Source of the DNA: Antedon mediterranea
Taxonomy: Eukaryota; Animalia; Echinodermata
NCBI RefSeq assembly: GCF_964355755.1
Contig: NC_092671.1
Location: 36,280,304-36,344,303, forward strand
DNA length: 64,000 nt
Direction: 5' to 3'
How positions within the stretch are numbered: position 1 is the stretch's first letter; each line of letters opens with the position of its first letter. The position numbers were made by a program, and so were the translations under genes. This document shows, piece after piece, positions 1-12,702 of the stretch. The notes under the pieces were generated by a model. It had not been told where the DNA came from. It ran no database searches and saw only the letters and a list, made by a program, of their open reading frames with translations.

Positions 1-1081
1 TTGAACCCATTAACTCATCCACCATCGCAAATATGTGATGGAGGTGCAATGCAACCTATTTCAAGGTTTTTAATGGCTGCTGCAGCCCATCAAGGTACTA
101 ACATAAGCATATATATAATTTAATTTCATATTCTGTAAAAACATAATTGAAATTCTTCTATAATGACCAAGTATAATCCCATGCTTGTTCAAGTATAATC
201 CCACCTCCTGATTTAGGCTAAATTCAGACACAAGACTTTGGTAAATCCATTGTTTAATCCAAGTATAATCCCATGCTTGTTCAAGTAAAATCCCACCACC
301 TGATTTAGGCTAAATTCAGACAAGACTTTGGTAAATCCATTGTTTAATCCAAGTATAATCCCATGCTTGATCAAGTATAATCTCACCACCTGATTTAGGC
401 TAAATTCAGACAAGACTTTGGTAAATCCATTGTTTAATCCAAGTATAATCCCATGCTTGTTCAAGTAAAATCCCACCACCTGATTTAGGCTAAATTCAGA
501 CAAGACTTTGGTAAATGCATTGTTTAATCCAAGTACTGTATAATCCCACCTCCTGATTTTTGCACAAGGCCTTCTAAGACTCTGACATTCATTCAATTTA
601 ATTTATTTCCACATACACCACCCACATATGGAAGATGCATATCAAATATAAGATCTGTGCTACGCATTAATAATAATAATAATGTAGCATGGCACCATGA
701 CTAAAGTGATGTGTTTTATGTTGTTTTACAAACTACCAAACCCTCTGTAAATAGTCTTAATTATTAAAAATCACTTTTTATTATGCAGATGCGCTGTTGA
801 AGAAGATGTTTGAGTGCGTTTCGTACAACATGCGCGAGCGTGAAGCGAAGGAACTGATGCGTGTCTTTCGTTTCAGTAAGGACGTTACTGAATCAATTGA
901 GAAAGAGTACAAAGAAGACACGCGTAGTATGGTGCTCCACGTACTCAAAAGGTGGCGTAAATCGCGACAGAAAAATGCAAATGCATCCGAGTTAATACGA
1001 TATATCGGTCTAATAATGATGCCCGTCTTGGCAAAAAAACTGTGTTCTATTAATTTGTATGCGCAATCACACAAACTATAA
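1..1081 (+). CDS. 3' end of a death-domain-containing protein gene (last two exons: <1..94, 789..1081)
   Basis: Frame 1 is open over 1..94 and ends CAAG|GTACT. It joins in phase 1 to TGCAG|AT at 789, giving HQDALLKKMFECVSYNMREREAKELMRVFRFSKDVTESIEKEYKEDTRSMVLHVLKRWRK...ELIRYIG. The pattern (L.R.F.F....I..IE..Y......L..W) is death-fold like. Confidence 0.7.
168..558. repeat. 90-bp unit minisatellite, about 4.3 copies, intronic
   Basis: Unit ccatgcttgttcaagtaaaatcccaccacctgatttaggctaaattcagacaagactttggtaaatccattgtttaatccaagtataatc recurs at about 179, 271, 361 and 451. Confidence 0.95.
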
Positions 1082-1760
1082 GCAAATTCAGTAACTACAT
1101 AATATAAATCATATCTGCTGCAGTAATGAAATTGCTGCAGCAGATGAAGCAGATATTACAGGGCTAATAGGGCTAAATATACCCCAGTGCTAGGTGTCCA
1201 ACAAGCCAAGACAATATTTAGTACTGAAGCTTAGATTTTATCGAGTTATTATATGAAGAATCATGGAAACACTCATAAAACAAACCATTACTTTGTATAA
1301 AATCTAGTATTTAATATTCTCGAAAAAAATGATTGATCATTGCTTTATTTCCATTTCAAATTTAGTAAGTTTCATTTGAATCTAAACAAGCATTTAGACG
1401 ATCTGTAGTTGCTATACTTTCTGTATAACAATCATAGCGCACGAAAGACAGCAGCCTGACGAAAGCGTTTATATATATCTTTTGAAAACTGCATTAATAC
1501 ACTGTATGAATACTAAAGTGGAATAGTATTAAACAAACTACAATTAATAGTGTTAGTTATTGTTCTATCCAGTAATTTTTATTTTGTCTGAAATTAATAT
1601 ATAAAAAACTACTAGGAGCGTTACCTGCACTGGTATCACAGCTCCTATTGTGGTTGTGCATAGCATATAGCCTTGTGGTCCAAGTAAAACATTTTACAGT
1701 TTTTGGTGTATGAGAAATGCTGCAGGCCGTTTGTAATTATTATCCTCAATGTTGTAGTAA

Positions 1761-4700
1761 TCACATGAGATGTTCAAGAAGTGTGTCACGCTCACAAACT
1801 AGGAACTGCTTCAAGAGAAACTCAACATTCTCTTCACATCGTTTTACTTGATTTTCCAATGCAATTCGAAAGTCCTCTTTGCCACCTTTCACAACACCTC
1901 TTGTAACTACTTTTTGCCTAAATGATAATGTAAAGGAATAACCTTACTTCAGGATTCGCTTCATAGATTAACTTTCATGACTATAACCAAATGCATTATA
2001 AATACTGTGAGGGCGTGTGGCGCAGCGTGTTGGATATTGGATTGCTGATCGTAAGATCGTGGTTTGAATCCAACTCTCACCAAAATTCTTGTATCCTTAG
2101 GTAAGACACTTTACTTACATTTGCCTCTCTCCACCCTAAGCTAAGCTAATGCTAACGGCCGTGGTGCCCATCTCCATTTCTTTAGCGTTTGGGCCAGACT
2201 CCACTATGTGTGTATGTTTGTGGGGGTACGCCACTCCTCCCGCACAAACGAGTCTGATTTACCTTCCCAGTACTTTTTACATACCGGTACCCATTTCTAT
2301 CACCTGGGTGGGGAGGAACAATGTGGATAAAGAATCTTGCTCAAGGACTCAACACTGCAGTGACTGAGCCGGGGCTTGAACCGACAACCTCTTGATTGCA
2401 AGTCCAATGATCTAACCACTGCGCCACAGGTGTATAAAATGGGTTAGATCTAGACACAACTTTGCGCTGATTACTAGCTGCATTATGGGAGTATTTTTTC
2501 AGTGTTTGAAATGACCAGCGCATTGATAGTTTGGTTTGCGCTATATAAGAATGAACTATTATTATAAATAGAATTGAGTACACATTATACTACAGTATAG
2601 TATACACATCTTTTAAACATTTTAATAAATTTATTTCACAAAACAAAAATCCAAAAGTTAACCTTTGTGCTGGAGGTAAAAGGTCAATCTCAATTTGACC
2701 TGCTTCTTCTGTTGCCAGGAATGCAAACTCTTCAAGAATATCAATGTCTGATATCAAGTCAAGGAATTGTAGCTCATATCCAGAACATTTAAAGTGGGTG
2801 GAACTTCAATCCATGTGTGCAGAATGAAAATGGGCTGGCTTTTGTAATTCAAGTGTAAAGAGCACTCCCACCCATAAATAAGGCCAATTTACACATACAA
2901 GGGGTAACGGTAATCTGAAAATGTGTAGCTTGTCCCCTGTAGAATATATGTATATCTATCCTGAGCAGAAACACCCGTCCGCTCCACATTGTGTGTAAAT
3001 GGTCATAAAGAATAACATAGATTCTATATTTTTATTACCGTTACCACTCGTCTGTATAAATTGACCTTTAATGGCATTTAAGCGGTATATGATCAATATA
3101 TTATATTGCAGCAATTGCTCTTCTTGTTTTGCCAGCACATACCATTGCATGTCAATATCCACACAACAACATTATTGTATTGTATTTATAAATTGTAGAA
3201 TCCCTATAGAGGCACCTGGCATTACTAAAAAAAGTGTCCCCATAATAAAAGTGTTCCCTGAATGGGGTTGGCCATATCCCACTTGCTCATTCCCAGTCGC
3301 TCTATCCCTGTAGGACAAGTTCTAAGTACTGTATATAAATTGTAAAGGATACTGATTATAAACTTAAAAAATAAGCTGTAGGTGAATGTTCCTTGTTTGC
3401 GAATTTTTTTAATTGCATCAGAAAACAGTGACTCTTCCTTCGGCCAATTATATTGCATCAACACTATCATGTGACCCAGTGCTTTGTCATCTTTTGTACT
3501 GTGATGGTGAAATGACTTTTTCTAGATAAAATAAAACTTTGTATGAGTAGGGAAAAGTAAATAGTCTATACATTTTCAAAAATATAATTATTTATGTATA
3601 CTTTTAATTTGATCTGAGATTTTTAATAAAGTTATTATTTTATTTTTATTTATTCAATTTTCAGGCACACAAAAAATATGACAACAAGACAGCGGTGCAG
3701 CACCCTGAGGATTGCCATGCGTGCAAAGCACTATCAAGATGGCTCTCCATGTACTGCACTTGAACATATAAGTAAACAATAAAATTACAAAGAGATAAAA
3801 ATTTAAAAATTGCGAGGCATCAAATTGAACAATCATTAAAATTGAATCTAAAAATATATAAATATACTGTAAATATTATGTACAGATAAAAATGATTGTT
3901 TAAAGATAACAAGTTTAAAGTTGCCTGACATAAGACCGGAGAGCTTATTATTAAGATATAAAAAAAAAATTAATAAAAATAAAAAATTAATTTGGAAAAA
4001 CTCCTGACTACAACACAGTACATACAGTAAAAGTAAAAGCGCTACATTTTATTATTAACATGCAACACTAACAAAATATGTTCGCAGGAAAAATTAAATA
4101 AAGATGTATAAAGAAGTATATATCTTAAACTCATTATAAAGTAAGATATATAAAACATATTCCAAGCAAAACACACTGTTTATTGTCAGTGTATTTTATT
4201 TATGATGTCAATTATACTTAATTACATACTTCAAGTTTTGAATTACAAATTTGAATATAATTAAATTTATACTTCATCATATTAGTTAAGATTAAGTTTT
4301 TAAGAAAAGGGAGGATATTTTATATTCCTCCTCTTCGTTTATATCCTCTCTACCCGAACAAGATAGTGACTTTTATTGATTTTAATGACTGTTTATAGTC
4401 TTTTATTACCATGTTTTATCTATATACTTTAATTAATGTAAATGAAAGCAAATGTGGTTTTATATTGAAATCAATCATCTTATTGTGTAAATATGCATGT
4501 ATTTTAACTACTTTTAACACTGTAAGATTCTTAATAATATACATTCGGAAGGAAAGAATGCATACAAACATTTAATTGTCACAAATGTACATATATATAT
4601 ATATATATATATGCATATTAAACAGATAATTTTTTTGGGGGGGGGGGGGGGTCATTGTGAGAGTTTAACTTCAAATTTTGATCCCTAAAATGGTCTTATA

Positions 4701-7700
4701 TAAATTGCTGATTATTGTTTATTGTTATAATATTGTTTGTAAATGAAAAAAATTACCATTTTAAAATAAAAGTTTATTGAACTTGAACTTGAATTATATA
4801 AAAGTGGGACAAACCCATACAAAACAAAAAAAAGATGTTTTGAGAATTACACTAACCTTGTAGCATTGAAGTAATAAATTAATGCAGTAAGGTAGTAGTT
4901 CCCTGCCAGTAACTGGTAGGAGTAACAGCATCCGCGTGTACTTGCTTGTGTGAGACGGCTTCTCCGGTTGAACTGCCTTGGACACAGAAGTCTCAGAAGA
5001 TGGCATCAGGCTTACTGCATCTAATGTCATCTCACATGCACTCTAGTTTAGATTTAAAAAAAAAGAAATACTGATTGAGAAAAATAAAAGAGAATTTTGA
5101 AGATTAAATTAAATCAATTGTTGTCACATTTTTTAAAACAAATATTAATAACAGCGAATTCTTACATATAATTTAAAAATTACGATGAATATATAGAGAA
5201 AAGAAATAATGTTACAATTTTAATGGGTTTTTTTTTTTATATGCCTTTCTGTATGTTTAAATTTTATGTGTAGTTTTGCTGTGAATTTGTCTATATGCAA
5301 AATGTATGATAAGTAATCTTTACAATTTTAATGGGGTTTTTTCTATATGCCATAATGCCTTTCTGTATGTTTAAATTGTATGTGTAATTTTGCTGTGAAT
5401 TTGTCAATTTGTGATCAATCTTTCAATGTTTCAATCTATGTACTACAATATTTTCAAATTTTTGTCTGCTTTTTGTAAATTTGTTATACCTGAATAAATA
5501 AATAAAAATAAATAAATAAAAATAAATAAGTAAACAATATGTTTTGGAAGTCTAGTGAAGAAATTATAATATTATCGTACAGAGACAAAGAAGGAATTTG
5601 TACCCAGGATCATGAAATTGGTAAGCAAGCATACCAAGCTACATTGACACGAATGTGTTAGCTCTGTTTAGGGTGCTGGAAACTAGAAGGTTCCAATTGT
5701 AACAACTTACCGAAAACTGAGCCAATCTGAAATGACAAGCAGCCATTTGGAGCAGGATTTTGAGTTTGTCCTAAAAAAATGTTGGATAAGAAAAATTTTA
5801 AAATGATTACAAATAATAACAGACTTTGCCATGCAGACAATTAGCATATTCAAATGAGTAATCTTTGTGCTCAACAGAAAGTATTGTTTTCTTTGAATGG
5901 CAAATGATTAACTAATATAACACACACTTGTTTTTTGAGTAATGTTCAAATATTCTTAACTAATACTCAATGAAAAAACTGAACGGAAAATCACTCTGAA
6001 ATCCAAAAGAAATTCTTTGAGTTGGTAGTACAGTATTGCATTTTGAAAAATCTCTGTCCACACTATCAAACTTTTTGTGATAACCAAATTTGATGTGCCC
6101 ATAGACATGATGATGTCATATCACTACCATATTTAGGCATATCACACCATATTTGGACACATGATACTTTTTTTGTCAATCTAGTTTGATAGTGTAGACA
6201 GAGCTTTAAAAAGAAAACATCTTTTGCTTTATAGTGTTGAAAACCTTTTTAACAAATTCCAAATACTGATCATATTGTAATTTTACTGCAAATTTGTTTT
6301 GCATTATGCGTAAAATTGCACGCAATGTTCACGCAAATCTGTTTACCTTGGCAACTTCTGCAAGTGGCATACTTGACATCTGTTTGTGTTTCTCTTGTAA
6401 CATTCTTAGGGCTTGAGAAAAATCTCCCTGCAATAAAACATACCAATTGGGTTTGAGGAAGCAGAATCACAACAGAATATATTACTTGTAAAAAGACCAA
6501 AAGAGCTTTACCTTAAAAATCATCATGTCAGTCTGAAAGGATGTTAACCACTGCCATGTGTCGGCCTTCCAACGATGCAACAGCCAGTTCAAATCTGAAA
6601 TCAATGATAATTAAAATAGATGATAATAATTATCAGTAAAGTGGTAAAGCAAGTACTTATTCACAGGATGAATGACTAAAGCTCTGTCCACACTATCAAA
6701 CTTTATGCGACAAAAACAAAATGTGATGTGCCCATATATGGGCATGACGATGTCATATCATTACCATATTAAGGCATATCACTACCATATTTGGGCATAT
6801 CACTACCATATTTGGGCACATCATACTTTTTTGTCAAACTAGTTTGATAGTGTAGACAGAGCTTTATACTCGTTTCTGCCTTCAATGGAAACTGGACCCC
6901 CAACGGAAATAAACCGTAAGGTTTTATTGGGTCATCCTGAGCTTTGTTTTTTACTTTTAAGTTTATATTACAATCTTCCATTATTGTATTGTTATTTATG
7001 TGCTCGAATAAAATTGAATTGAATTGAGACATGTCAACATTACAATTTAAAGCTCACCTTTGAGATGCCTCTATTCAGGTTACACCTCTATTAAGGGGAC
7101 ACTTTGCTGGGCCTCCTTAATAGAGGATTTACTGTATAACTATCATTCACTGTACTTTCAAAGATGATTGTTTAAATGTCTTCCTGTTAAACTGCACTTT
7201 TTAATTACTTTTATATAAAAAAAAATGGTGTTGTGTATAGGTAACTCCAAATACTTGGGACACAATCAAAGAGCATGTTAATAGACAATACTCAACTATA
7301 GAAATATTACATAACACAAAAATATATGTAGCAGCATTGGCCGTCAACGTTACAGGCACGACACCACGATAGCTAACTCCGACTAACCTTTTTCGAAATA
7401 TTCATTTGCGTATAACAGTTTCCAGCAATCAATGCCAGTCTCAAAGTTTTCAATCAGTTCTGGAGTGATGCCATATGATTTGTTAACCTTTAGATTGGCT
7501 GGAATACTGGACAGGCCTGGATCGTCTGAACTATCCGAGTCCAACTGTGAATAAAATAGTTATAATCTATCAACTTCTATAGAGGGACACCTTTATAGGG
7601 GTTTGGTTGTAGTGTTAAGGGTCTTTCACACCTGTTCCGGAACAGTACCGGCCCGGCACCGGCAAATCAAATAAAACGTCAATGTTTCCTTTTCATGACA

Positions 7701-10700
7701 CTCCACACAGGTATGCGCTAATCAATATTCGTGTGAAATCGAGATATTGACATTCAATTTGATTTGCCGGCGCAGTATCAGATATCTTTATTCATACCTC
7801 GTGGGACAATTTACAAAAGAAGGAGATGCATTATTATCTTACAATAAAACGTACAAATTACAACATCATGGTTCCATGACATAAGAGGTGTGAAATACCC
7901 TTTAATATTGTCCTTTGGTTCATGGAAAATGTGTCAAAGAAGGGGTTACTCATGAGGAATTCTGTAACAGCCATTTCAATTTATACCTGTAGATTTATAA
8001 GCATAACTGATTTGTACTCACAGGTATATCATTCTCATCCAGTCTAAGTTTCTTGTGTTTATGTTTATGCTTCTTAGATTTTAATTTAGCATTCAAGTCT
8101 TCCAGAAGTAGAAGAGACGTTGAATGGCCTATGTTAGTACCTGTACAAAAAGACATTAAAATAAACAATAGCTATATTGTTGGAGTGGTCAAATCATGTG
8201 CCTGTTAAAGATGTATTGTTTCCCCCAAAAACATAAAAAATGAAGATTAATTAAATCAGAGTTTGAATAGGTTATTTTGTAGTTTTAATCAAGTGAATTA
8301 TTTCCGTAGAAAAAAAAACGGAAAAAATAATGTTTTCACTTATAAAATAACATGAATGAATGGTTAAATTCAATCAAAAATCCATTGGCTGGCAGCCAAT
8401 TTGACCATTTTGTGCTTTAAATTTCAGTTTTTTTCAGGTAAATACATTTTTTTTCGATCCAATTTTTGGTCAAAGTCAAACTATTATGACTATTATAACT
8501 ATTATTATATTATATATATTATTATTATAACTATTATAACTATTATGTGACATTAAAATGGCATATTCAACAACAAAAATTGAAAAAAAGTATTTTTCAG
8601 GGGGACAATACATCTTTAATGGGTGCATATCAAGCAAACAATGTGAGTGGCCGAGTGGTTAAGACATTGGAACCGTAATTACATCAGCAAGGGTTCGAGT
8701 CTCACTCACTCCATGGTTCTGGTGGTAGAACGAGTCTTCTCGGATAAGGACTATAATCGGTAGGTCCAGTGTACACATCTGTCTCATGTGCACTTTAAAG
8801 AACCTAGTACATCGTTCGAGACGAGTAGTGGGTTACCCCAGTGTACACACACAGTCACTGTCACAATCTTATCATATATATACACTGGGTCCTTTCGAAG
8901 AACAGTCTTTGACTGAAGATGCTACCCAGTATAAAGAATAGATAACAAATAAAAGCGAGTTTAACCACTATGAAAGTGTTACCAACAAAATGCCTCCATA
9001 CAATTAACATATATTGCACTCGTCCTCTTAACTTGAGTTTTCTAAAGAACTGTACTTGAATTATTTTTATTGAATTTTATGGTGCTAATACTTACTAGCA
9101 AAAGCCTCTGAATCTACTGTACTTGCATATGTAAAGGCTGTCTTGAGAAAGAGTAAGACAGTTGAATAAAAGATAGATTTACTGACTGCAGGTGCATCAG
9201 AAGGTTGTTGGCGATGACACTCGGAAAGATGTTGGAATCTTGACGACACGCTTCTGTAAAAAAAAAAATAAATAAAACTGTTAAAAACACCACATTTTGA
9301 AGAAGAGTGATTCAATTCAATTTATTTCCGGATTCTACAATACAACAATAACACATACTAGACGTGGGGGACTCCTACAGCAAACTCAATCTAATTCGGG
9401 CTGGGTGAGGCGGGACATAAACGAATCCTCCTACTAGCAGAAAAATAAACAAGGTATTGCAAGTCTGTTCAATGGACACCCTATTATGCCAGGTACCTTC
9501 CAGTGAAAAGAACAGGAGGCAATACATTTTAACACTACGGCAAGCGACATTAAGAGGAACATCCATATTAAAGGGACACTTCGTGGGGTTCCAAGTAGCG
9601 TTTTTAATTTATTATAATAATTGTCAAAGTTCAATCAACTCACCCAGTCATTTTTGGAATAACATGCAGATTCCATCCACACTTTTCAGCAATTTTAATA
9701 ATTAACTCATGCATTTTCTCCCAGCTATCACTAGCCCCTTCTTTTGGTGGCCCATCAAAACCTGGTCTTGAATAACACGGACTCTTCATAGGAGAGGAGG
9801 CGTTGTGAGTAGGACTTGTAAGGACCGGCGTTGTGGCTAGCTGTTCATGTTTCCGCGGGGGCTGGGTTATATAACTAAGGTAGTAAGCCATTGACTTCTG
9901 CAACCATTTAGCATAGAACTTGATGGGAACTTCAATCTGTTTGTTAGCTATTACAAGTGGTAAGACTTCACATACTGAAAATAGAAAAAAAATCAATAAA
10001 TCATAAATCAAAATAAAAGTGTATAGCATGGTATAAACGTAGATCTCTAGTACCTGGTACTGAGGCACTGCCTGGTACCGAGGTAGTGTCTGGTACCGAG
10101 GTAGTGCCTGGTACCGAGGCAGTGTCTGGTACTGAGGCAGTGCCTGGTACCGAGGTAGTGCCTGGTACCGAGGTAGTGCCTGGTACCGAGGTAGTGCCTG
10201 GTACCGAGGTAGTGCCTGGTACCGAGGTAGTGCCTGGTACCGAGGTAGTGCCTGGTACCGAGGTAGTGTCTGGTACCGAGGTAGTGCCTGGTACTGAAGC
10301 AGTGCCTGGTACTGAGGTAGTGCCTGGTACTGAGGTAGTGCCTGGTACTAAGGTAGTGCCTGCAACTGAAGTAGTGCCTGGTACTGAGGTAGTGTCTGGT
10401 ACTGAGGTAGTGCCTGGTACTGAGGCAGTGTCTGGTACTGAGGCAGTGCCTGGTACTGAGGTAGTGCCTGCAACTGAAGTAGTGCCTGGTACTGAGGTAG
10501 TGTCTGGTACTGAGGTAGTGCCTGGTACTGAGGTAGTGCTTGCCACTGAGGTAGTACCTGGTACTGAGGTAGTACCTGATACTGCCTGGTACTGACGTAG
10601 TACCTGGTACTGAAGTAGTGCCTGATACTAAGGTGGTGCCTGGTACTGAGGTGGTGCCTGGTACTGAGGTAGTGTCTGGTACTGCCTGGACTGAGGTGGT

Positions 10701-12702
10701 GCCTGGTACTGAGGTACTGCCTGGACTGAGGTACTGCCTGGACTGAGGTGTGCCTGGTACTGAGCTAGTGCCTGGTACTGAGCTAGTGCCTGGTATGGAG
10801 GACTTTCTTTGGCCAATGCAGATACTAGTTTGAATAATGAAATCCTTACCCAGTAGACTACGATATGGATTTAGATCAGCTTTCTCACCTTCTGCTTTTT
10901 CCCAATCAATTAAACTTTCAGCAAGACTTACCTACCAAAAAAAATATAACATTATTCTTATAAACCTAAACAAATTAACTAAAAAAAGCACTCTTAATAC
11001 ATAAACACATTTTTAGAGACTGTTTTACCTAACAAGATATTTTGATCAAGCAAATTGGACAATTTTTCGCATTTGTTTGTGACAAGTTTTTATCGGACTA
11101 CTATGACTTGTTTTATCGTAAATAATTTGATATTGCTGTATTCGGTTCAACGCCTTATGTATAAGAAATAAATACCATAGGCAATGTTCCTAGGAAAGAA
11201 AAAAATAAGATTATTATGGGTTACAGAGCATATAAATCGACTTACACCATATAAAGGTATAGAATCAGGAAAATTCTTCATCAAAAGTAGTTTACATCTT
11301 GATTTTTCTATCATATTTTTTGTATGCTCTGTAAAACAACAACAAAATCATCAATAAATTATATAATTTTTAAAATGCACAATTACCTATCTAAAGCTCT
11401 GTCTACACTATCAAACTAGTTTGACAAATAAATGTGATGTGCTCAAATATGGACATGATGATGTCATATCACTACCATATTTGGGCATATCACTACCATA
11501 TTCAATTGTATAAACCTGCTTACCTGATGTCTTTTGTAAAATGTCATACTTTGCTTTTGAAGGAAATGAATCAAACATATCTAAACAAAGACAATTTAAA
11601 TTGAAAGTAGCTAAAGATTATTATTAAACAAAGTGAAATCTATCTTTATAATACATTAATCCATAATAATATACTGGAAATGAACATAACCTCCAATAAA
11701 AAATAATCATATTATACTCTGTTATAGAGAAATATATTACATTATTGTTCTGTGTCAATGGTATATGCAGTCTTCACAACAAAACATGTGGCTTTATATT
11801 GATCAAATGGTGGTCACATGATTCTCTTTTTTCATTAAATTTTTTATACAGAATTTTATCAATTGAGTTCATCATGAGCGTAATAATAATAATAATAAAC
11901 AATATTTATATAGCGCCTAATGGATCATGGATGGACCCCTCTAGGTGCACGTACCTCTTAGAATAACAATAGAAGGATCTTGACTTTCAGATTGTAAAGC
12001 TACTATCAATGCCTGAAGTTCATCTTGTAGTACAGGCTCGTCAAAAAAATGCTGAAACCTTTTAATCAAAAAAAATTATAGTTAAAAAATCAATCAATTT
12101 AGTAATAATATATCTACATAAAGACCTTTCTTACTCATATAATTAATATCAAAACAGGATATAACTTTTGATCAAGATAAAAACTAATCCTAATTCAACT
12201 GTGATAATTAATTATAAAAACAAATAAAATGGTAGGCCTATTAGGATAGGAGGCCAGCGGCATGTTGTGCGGTACTTACATATCAAGTAAGATTGCAGCA
12301 CCTTCTGCTGTTTTTCTTGCAGATTTCTCAATTCTGTATGCTTCAAACTTATTATAAACATAAGAAAAGAAAGAAAAAATTAAATTATCATTGAGAATGT
12401 GTCATAAAAACGACCTTGGCCTAGGCTGGGCCAAGCTGACAGGGTCATCACTGACACACTCAGCGGGAGAAGAACGCAAGAAGAGTTACCGAGACTGACT
12501 GCTTGTTGGTAGCCTACCATAGAAAGTCTCTAATATATGATATTTAATATACCTGAATCCTAAAATTTCTCGGATAAAGTGATCTTGCCGTTATTAATAA
12601 TGATTTGGATGCAAACAAATCAGTTCTGAGGCATTTTTGTGCCTTTTCTACCATCCATTCTGGCCCACTCAGACTTTGCGAGACATCCATGGGGGCTGCC
12701 AT
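1761..12702 (-). CDS. INTS10: Integrator complex subunit 10, 17 coding exons, about 709 aa
   Basis: Exons 12553-12702, 12280-12347, 11955-12058, 11524-11580, 11246-11328, 10850-10931, 9644-9974, 9096-9253, 8022-8140, 7388-7544, 6512-6594, 6347-6427, 5711-5770, 4857-5042, 3353-3521, 2663-2747 and 1761-1917 join in phase (2130 nt). Motifs recalled from INTS10: LITARSLYP.NF.IQ, VCEVLPL, WKADTWQWL, LGHMIVL, NIDILEEFAFL, VTRG...KEDFRIALE.QV.RC.EN. Confidence 0.95.
2009..2450 (+). mobile_element. tRNA-derived CORE-type SINE, interrupted by a second SINE
   Basis: A-box-like gtggcgcagcgtg and B-box-like ggtttgaatcc, then CORE-like tccttaggtaagacactttac...ctctccaccc, resuming as aggtgtataaaatgggt at 2428. 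Confidence 0.7.
2137..2427 (-). mobile_element. Near full-length tRNA-derived CORE-type SINE with (TTAGC)n tail
   Basis: Minus strand: gtggcgcagtggttag (A box), ggttcaagccc (B box), tccttgagcaag...ccacccaggtgatagaaatgggtacc (CORE-like), tail ttagcattagcttagctta. Confidence 0.8.
2748..3352 (-). other. U12-type (minor spliceosome) GT-AG intron, INTS10 intron 15
   Basis: Donor GTATCCTTTAC; branch point TTCCTTGAC (2758-2766) 10 nt upstream of the 3' splice site, with no polypyrimidine tract. Splicing restores FII-NIDILEEF. Confidence 0.92.
6677..6865. mobile_element. MITE family A (PIF/Harbinger-like), representative copy
   Basis: TIR AAGCTCTGTCTACACTATCAAACT with TAA/TTA flanks. Other copies or fragments at about 6051, 11392, 13968, 14946, 18427, 19569, 20037, 26257, 29322, 30598, 35001, 42997, 47506, 49438, 50018 and 60740. 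Confidence 0.9.
7617..7843. mobile_element. TIR non-autonomous element (PIF/Harbinger-like)
   Basis: aaggggtctttcacacct ... aggtgtgaaatacccttt imperfect inverted termini with TAA/TTA-type flanks. Confidence 0.55.
8205..8618. mobile_element. TTAA-flanked TIR element (Kolobok-like MITE); degraded second copy at about 17369-17668
   Basis: ttaaAGATGTATTGT ... ACAATACATCTttaa; internal sequence is shared with 17369-17668. Confidence 0.7.
8642..8935 (+). mobile_element. tRNA-derived SINE with Deu/Nin-like central domain
   Basis: A box tggccgagtggttaag, B box ggttcgagtct, central ggataaggactataatcggtaggtcc...taaagaaccta...gagtagtgggttacccc. The 3' tail cagtctttgactgaaga.g.tacccagtataaa also occurs at about 32481-32535. 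A related reverse copy lies at about 42250-42430. Confidence 0.75.
10050..10795. repeat. 18-bp unit GC-rich minisatellite in INTS10 intron 6
   Basis: Unit ggtac(c/t)gaggtagtgcct, about 40 copies, degenerating toward 10795. Confidence 0.97.

Noticed and set aside
213-596. 127-aa ORF with 30-aa repeats
   Set aside because: A by-product of the 90-bp minisatellite, antisense within an intron.
2355-2427. tRNA gene (TGC-type loop) on the minus strand
   Set aside because: It runs straight into a CORE domain and repeat tail, so it is a SINE head.
2640-2937. Apparent in-frame TGA upstream of IDILEEF suggesting selenocysteine or readthrough
   Set aside because: The upstream part is intron; the U12 acceptor at 2748 explains the frame.
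10001-10816. Mucin-like or antifreeze-like ORFs on both strands
   Set aside because: An 18-bp minisatellite in INTS10 intron 6; INTS10 splices in frame without it.
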